Shown here piece after piece: positions 62,761 through 64,000 of a DNA stretch of 64,000 nucleotides (positions within the stretch are counted from its first letter, which is position 1; each line of letters opens with the position of its first letter). This DNA is from Tachypleus tridentatus (Eukaryota). The position numbers and the translations under genes are program-made. The notes under the pieces are model-generated. The model was given only the letters and a program-made list of their open reading frames with translations. It searched no databases and was not told the origin of the DNA. The stretch spans positions 230,313,567 to 230,377,566 of the forward strand of contig NC_134837.1 of NCBI RefSeq assembly GCF_004210375.1, given 5' to 3'.

Positions 62761-63221
62761 TGCTGCACTTCATCCTACTGCTACAGTGGGAGTGCAAATG
62801 GATCTATTTCTGCCTCCAAAAGAATTGTTCTCAAACTAAATGAAAAGTCTTTTGACTTCCATGGTTAAAAAAGTTGATGAATCAACTTCAACACCCGTTT
62901 CTGTTCCTAACATACATTCCAGCAAACCCCAAGATCCACTTCCTTTGGTTCTGGGTATGAGCATTTCCTGGGGTACATCTTCTTTTCCCACCCCAAGATG
63001 CAAAATGATCATTCATTCATGTCCTCAGTCACTGGAATCCTCTTCCAACAGCAAAGATCTGTCTAGTCATCCCAGGGAAGGATCCATGGAGGTCAACAGA
63101 CCTCCCTTGAATAAAGACGACAAAGATGTGGTTGTATACAGAATGACTTTCCACCCAATTTGCAGACACATAAATAAAGATGGCCACCTTGATACAATGG
63201 AAATGTTAAGGTTTACATTCT

Positions 63222-63980
63222 AATCTGGGTGACATCAAAGCACTGATTGCTTCCTACCATCCTGTATGTCTTTTCATACAGGAAACATTTCTGAAACCTG
63301 CCATTACAGTCACCTTTAGGCAATTTTCTTTATTCAGAAATGACAGGCTGTGTGATGGAGGGGTGGCACCATTGGTTGATCAGCATGTGCTCACCCTGTC
63401 TTTGCCACTTGACTCTCCCTTGGAGGCTGTAGCCATCTGTGTTTCCTTGGGTCATACTATCACTGTTTGTTCTCTCTATCTGTTGCCTGGAGAAACCTAT
63501 GATCAATTAGACCTTGATGCTCTTGTTGAACAGTTGCTGCCTCCCTTTTTAATCATGGGGAAATGCTGATATTAATGGGAGGGGTCTCTATGTAGAGTGT
63601 ATGTTCTCTGATCACAACCTTTCTCTTTTCAGTAGAAGTTCTTATACTTATTTTGATGCACCTAGTCAGTCCTTTACAGCTGTTGATTTCTCAATTTGCT
63701 CCCTACACTATTCTTCCGCTTTTCAAGGAGGGTTGACAATAATCCATGAAGCAGTAATCATTTTCCTGTAATTTTGAGAAAGACTGGCTGTGGTCAATGC
63801 AACCCAACCCTTGTGCTTTGGTAGAAGCTGGATCAAGCAAACTGGCCCTCTTTCACTGCTCTTGTAGAACTTGATTCTGCTATCATCTGTAAGCTATCAA
63901 TAGATGACTGTGTGGCAGCAGTAACTGACTGTATTATACAAGCAGCTGCTCAATGTATTCCTAAAACCTCAACATGTTTT
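63222..63980 (+). pseudogene. LINE ORF2 APE endonuclease domain remnant.
   Basis: A 116-codon open frame covers 63222-63569, then a frameshift. It continues ...SDHNLSLF...DDCVAAVTDCIIQAAAQCIPK. Confidence 0.6.
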
Positions 63981-64000
63981 CAACTATATCCTTGTCAGTG

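Larger units (their letters stand above)
61990..64000 (+). mobile_element. Non-LTR retrotransposon (CR1/Jockey-type LINE) 5' portion: decayed CCHC ORF1 plus the start of the ORF2 APE endonuclease. It continues beyond the window.
   Basis: ORF1-like: ...GDILVETSTSQNSELL...ILVRFFTQVSHISTRKDGIRMPTNVVILTFTSQ*PPTTIKAGYLNFKV*PYIPNPLRCFQCQQFRHSKISC...C.CGGKDYNACEYEMDPHCVNCNDSHPSY. APE: NLGDIKALIASYHPVCLFIQETFLKPAITV...GGVAPLVDQHVLTLSLPL...AVAICVSLGHTITVCSLYLLPG...LPPFLIMG-FNINGRG. Compare the LINE APE motifs DI.LLQET, GGVAILV and GDFN. Confidence 0.7.

Noticed and set aside
1-64000. Prokaryotic-style systems such as defence islands, operons, CRISPR arrays or RM/TA modules.
   Set aside because: The sequence is eukaryotic. 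It has spliced genes with GT-AG introns, SINEs, LINEs and LTR retrotransposons, and no long uninterrupted ORFs. No CRISPR repeat-spacer periodicity is present.

Overview
This 64 kb window is AT-rich eukaryotic nuclear DNA, almost certainly from an arthropod. No prokaryotic gene organisation, CRISPR array or operon is present. I saw no undescribed biological system in the sense of a gene cluster. The window is a transposon-saturated region with one probable host gene.

That gene is a three-exon Rebers-Riddiford (R&R) cuticular protein on the minus strand at about 11.1-14.7 kb, with canonical GT-AG introns.

The most informative content is the repeat landscape:
- There are about 40 copies of three tRNA-related SINE families, labelled here SINE-A (~275 bp), SINE-B (~120 bp) and SINE-C (~120 bp). 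They share a conserved ~30 bp 3' box (CAGATAGCCC....GTAGCTTTG) despite having different heads. Several copies carry clean 11-13 bp target-site duplications.
- A decayed LTR retrotransposon lies at 20.1-24.8 kb, with a gag, zinc-knuckle/protease and RT/RNaseH remnant. A primer-binding site complementary to a tRNA 3' end is still present and a MITE is nested inside.
- Two related TA-flanked MITEs have TACCGT... termini.
- A piggyBac-like element at 54.27-56.32 kb carries a transposase pseudogene with an in-frame stop and frameshifts, plus 36-bp inverted repeats built around a GGGGCCTAATAGGCCCC palindrome.
- An Hsmar1-like mariner pseudogene and two further mariner fragments are present.
- A CR1/Jockey-type LINE 5' portion (CCHC ORF1 plus an apurinic/apyrimidinic endonuclease (APE) domain) runs off the end of the window.
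- A Ty3/gypsy-like RT-RNaseH fragment is present.
- A roughly 4 kb strongly strand-asymmetric polypyrimidine block (about 25.4-29.6 kb) is seeded by SINE copies.

Most ORFs in the supplied track are artefacts of T-rich or SINE sequence.
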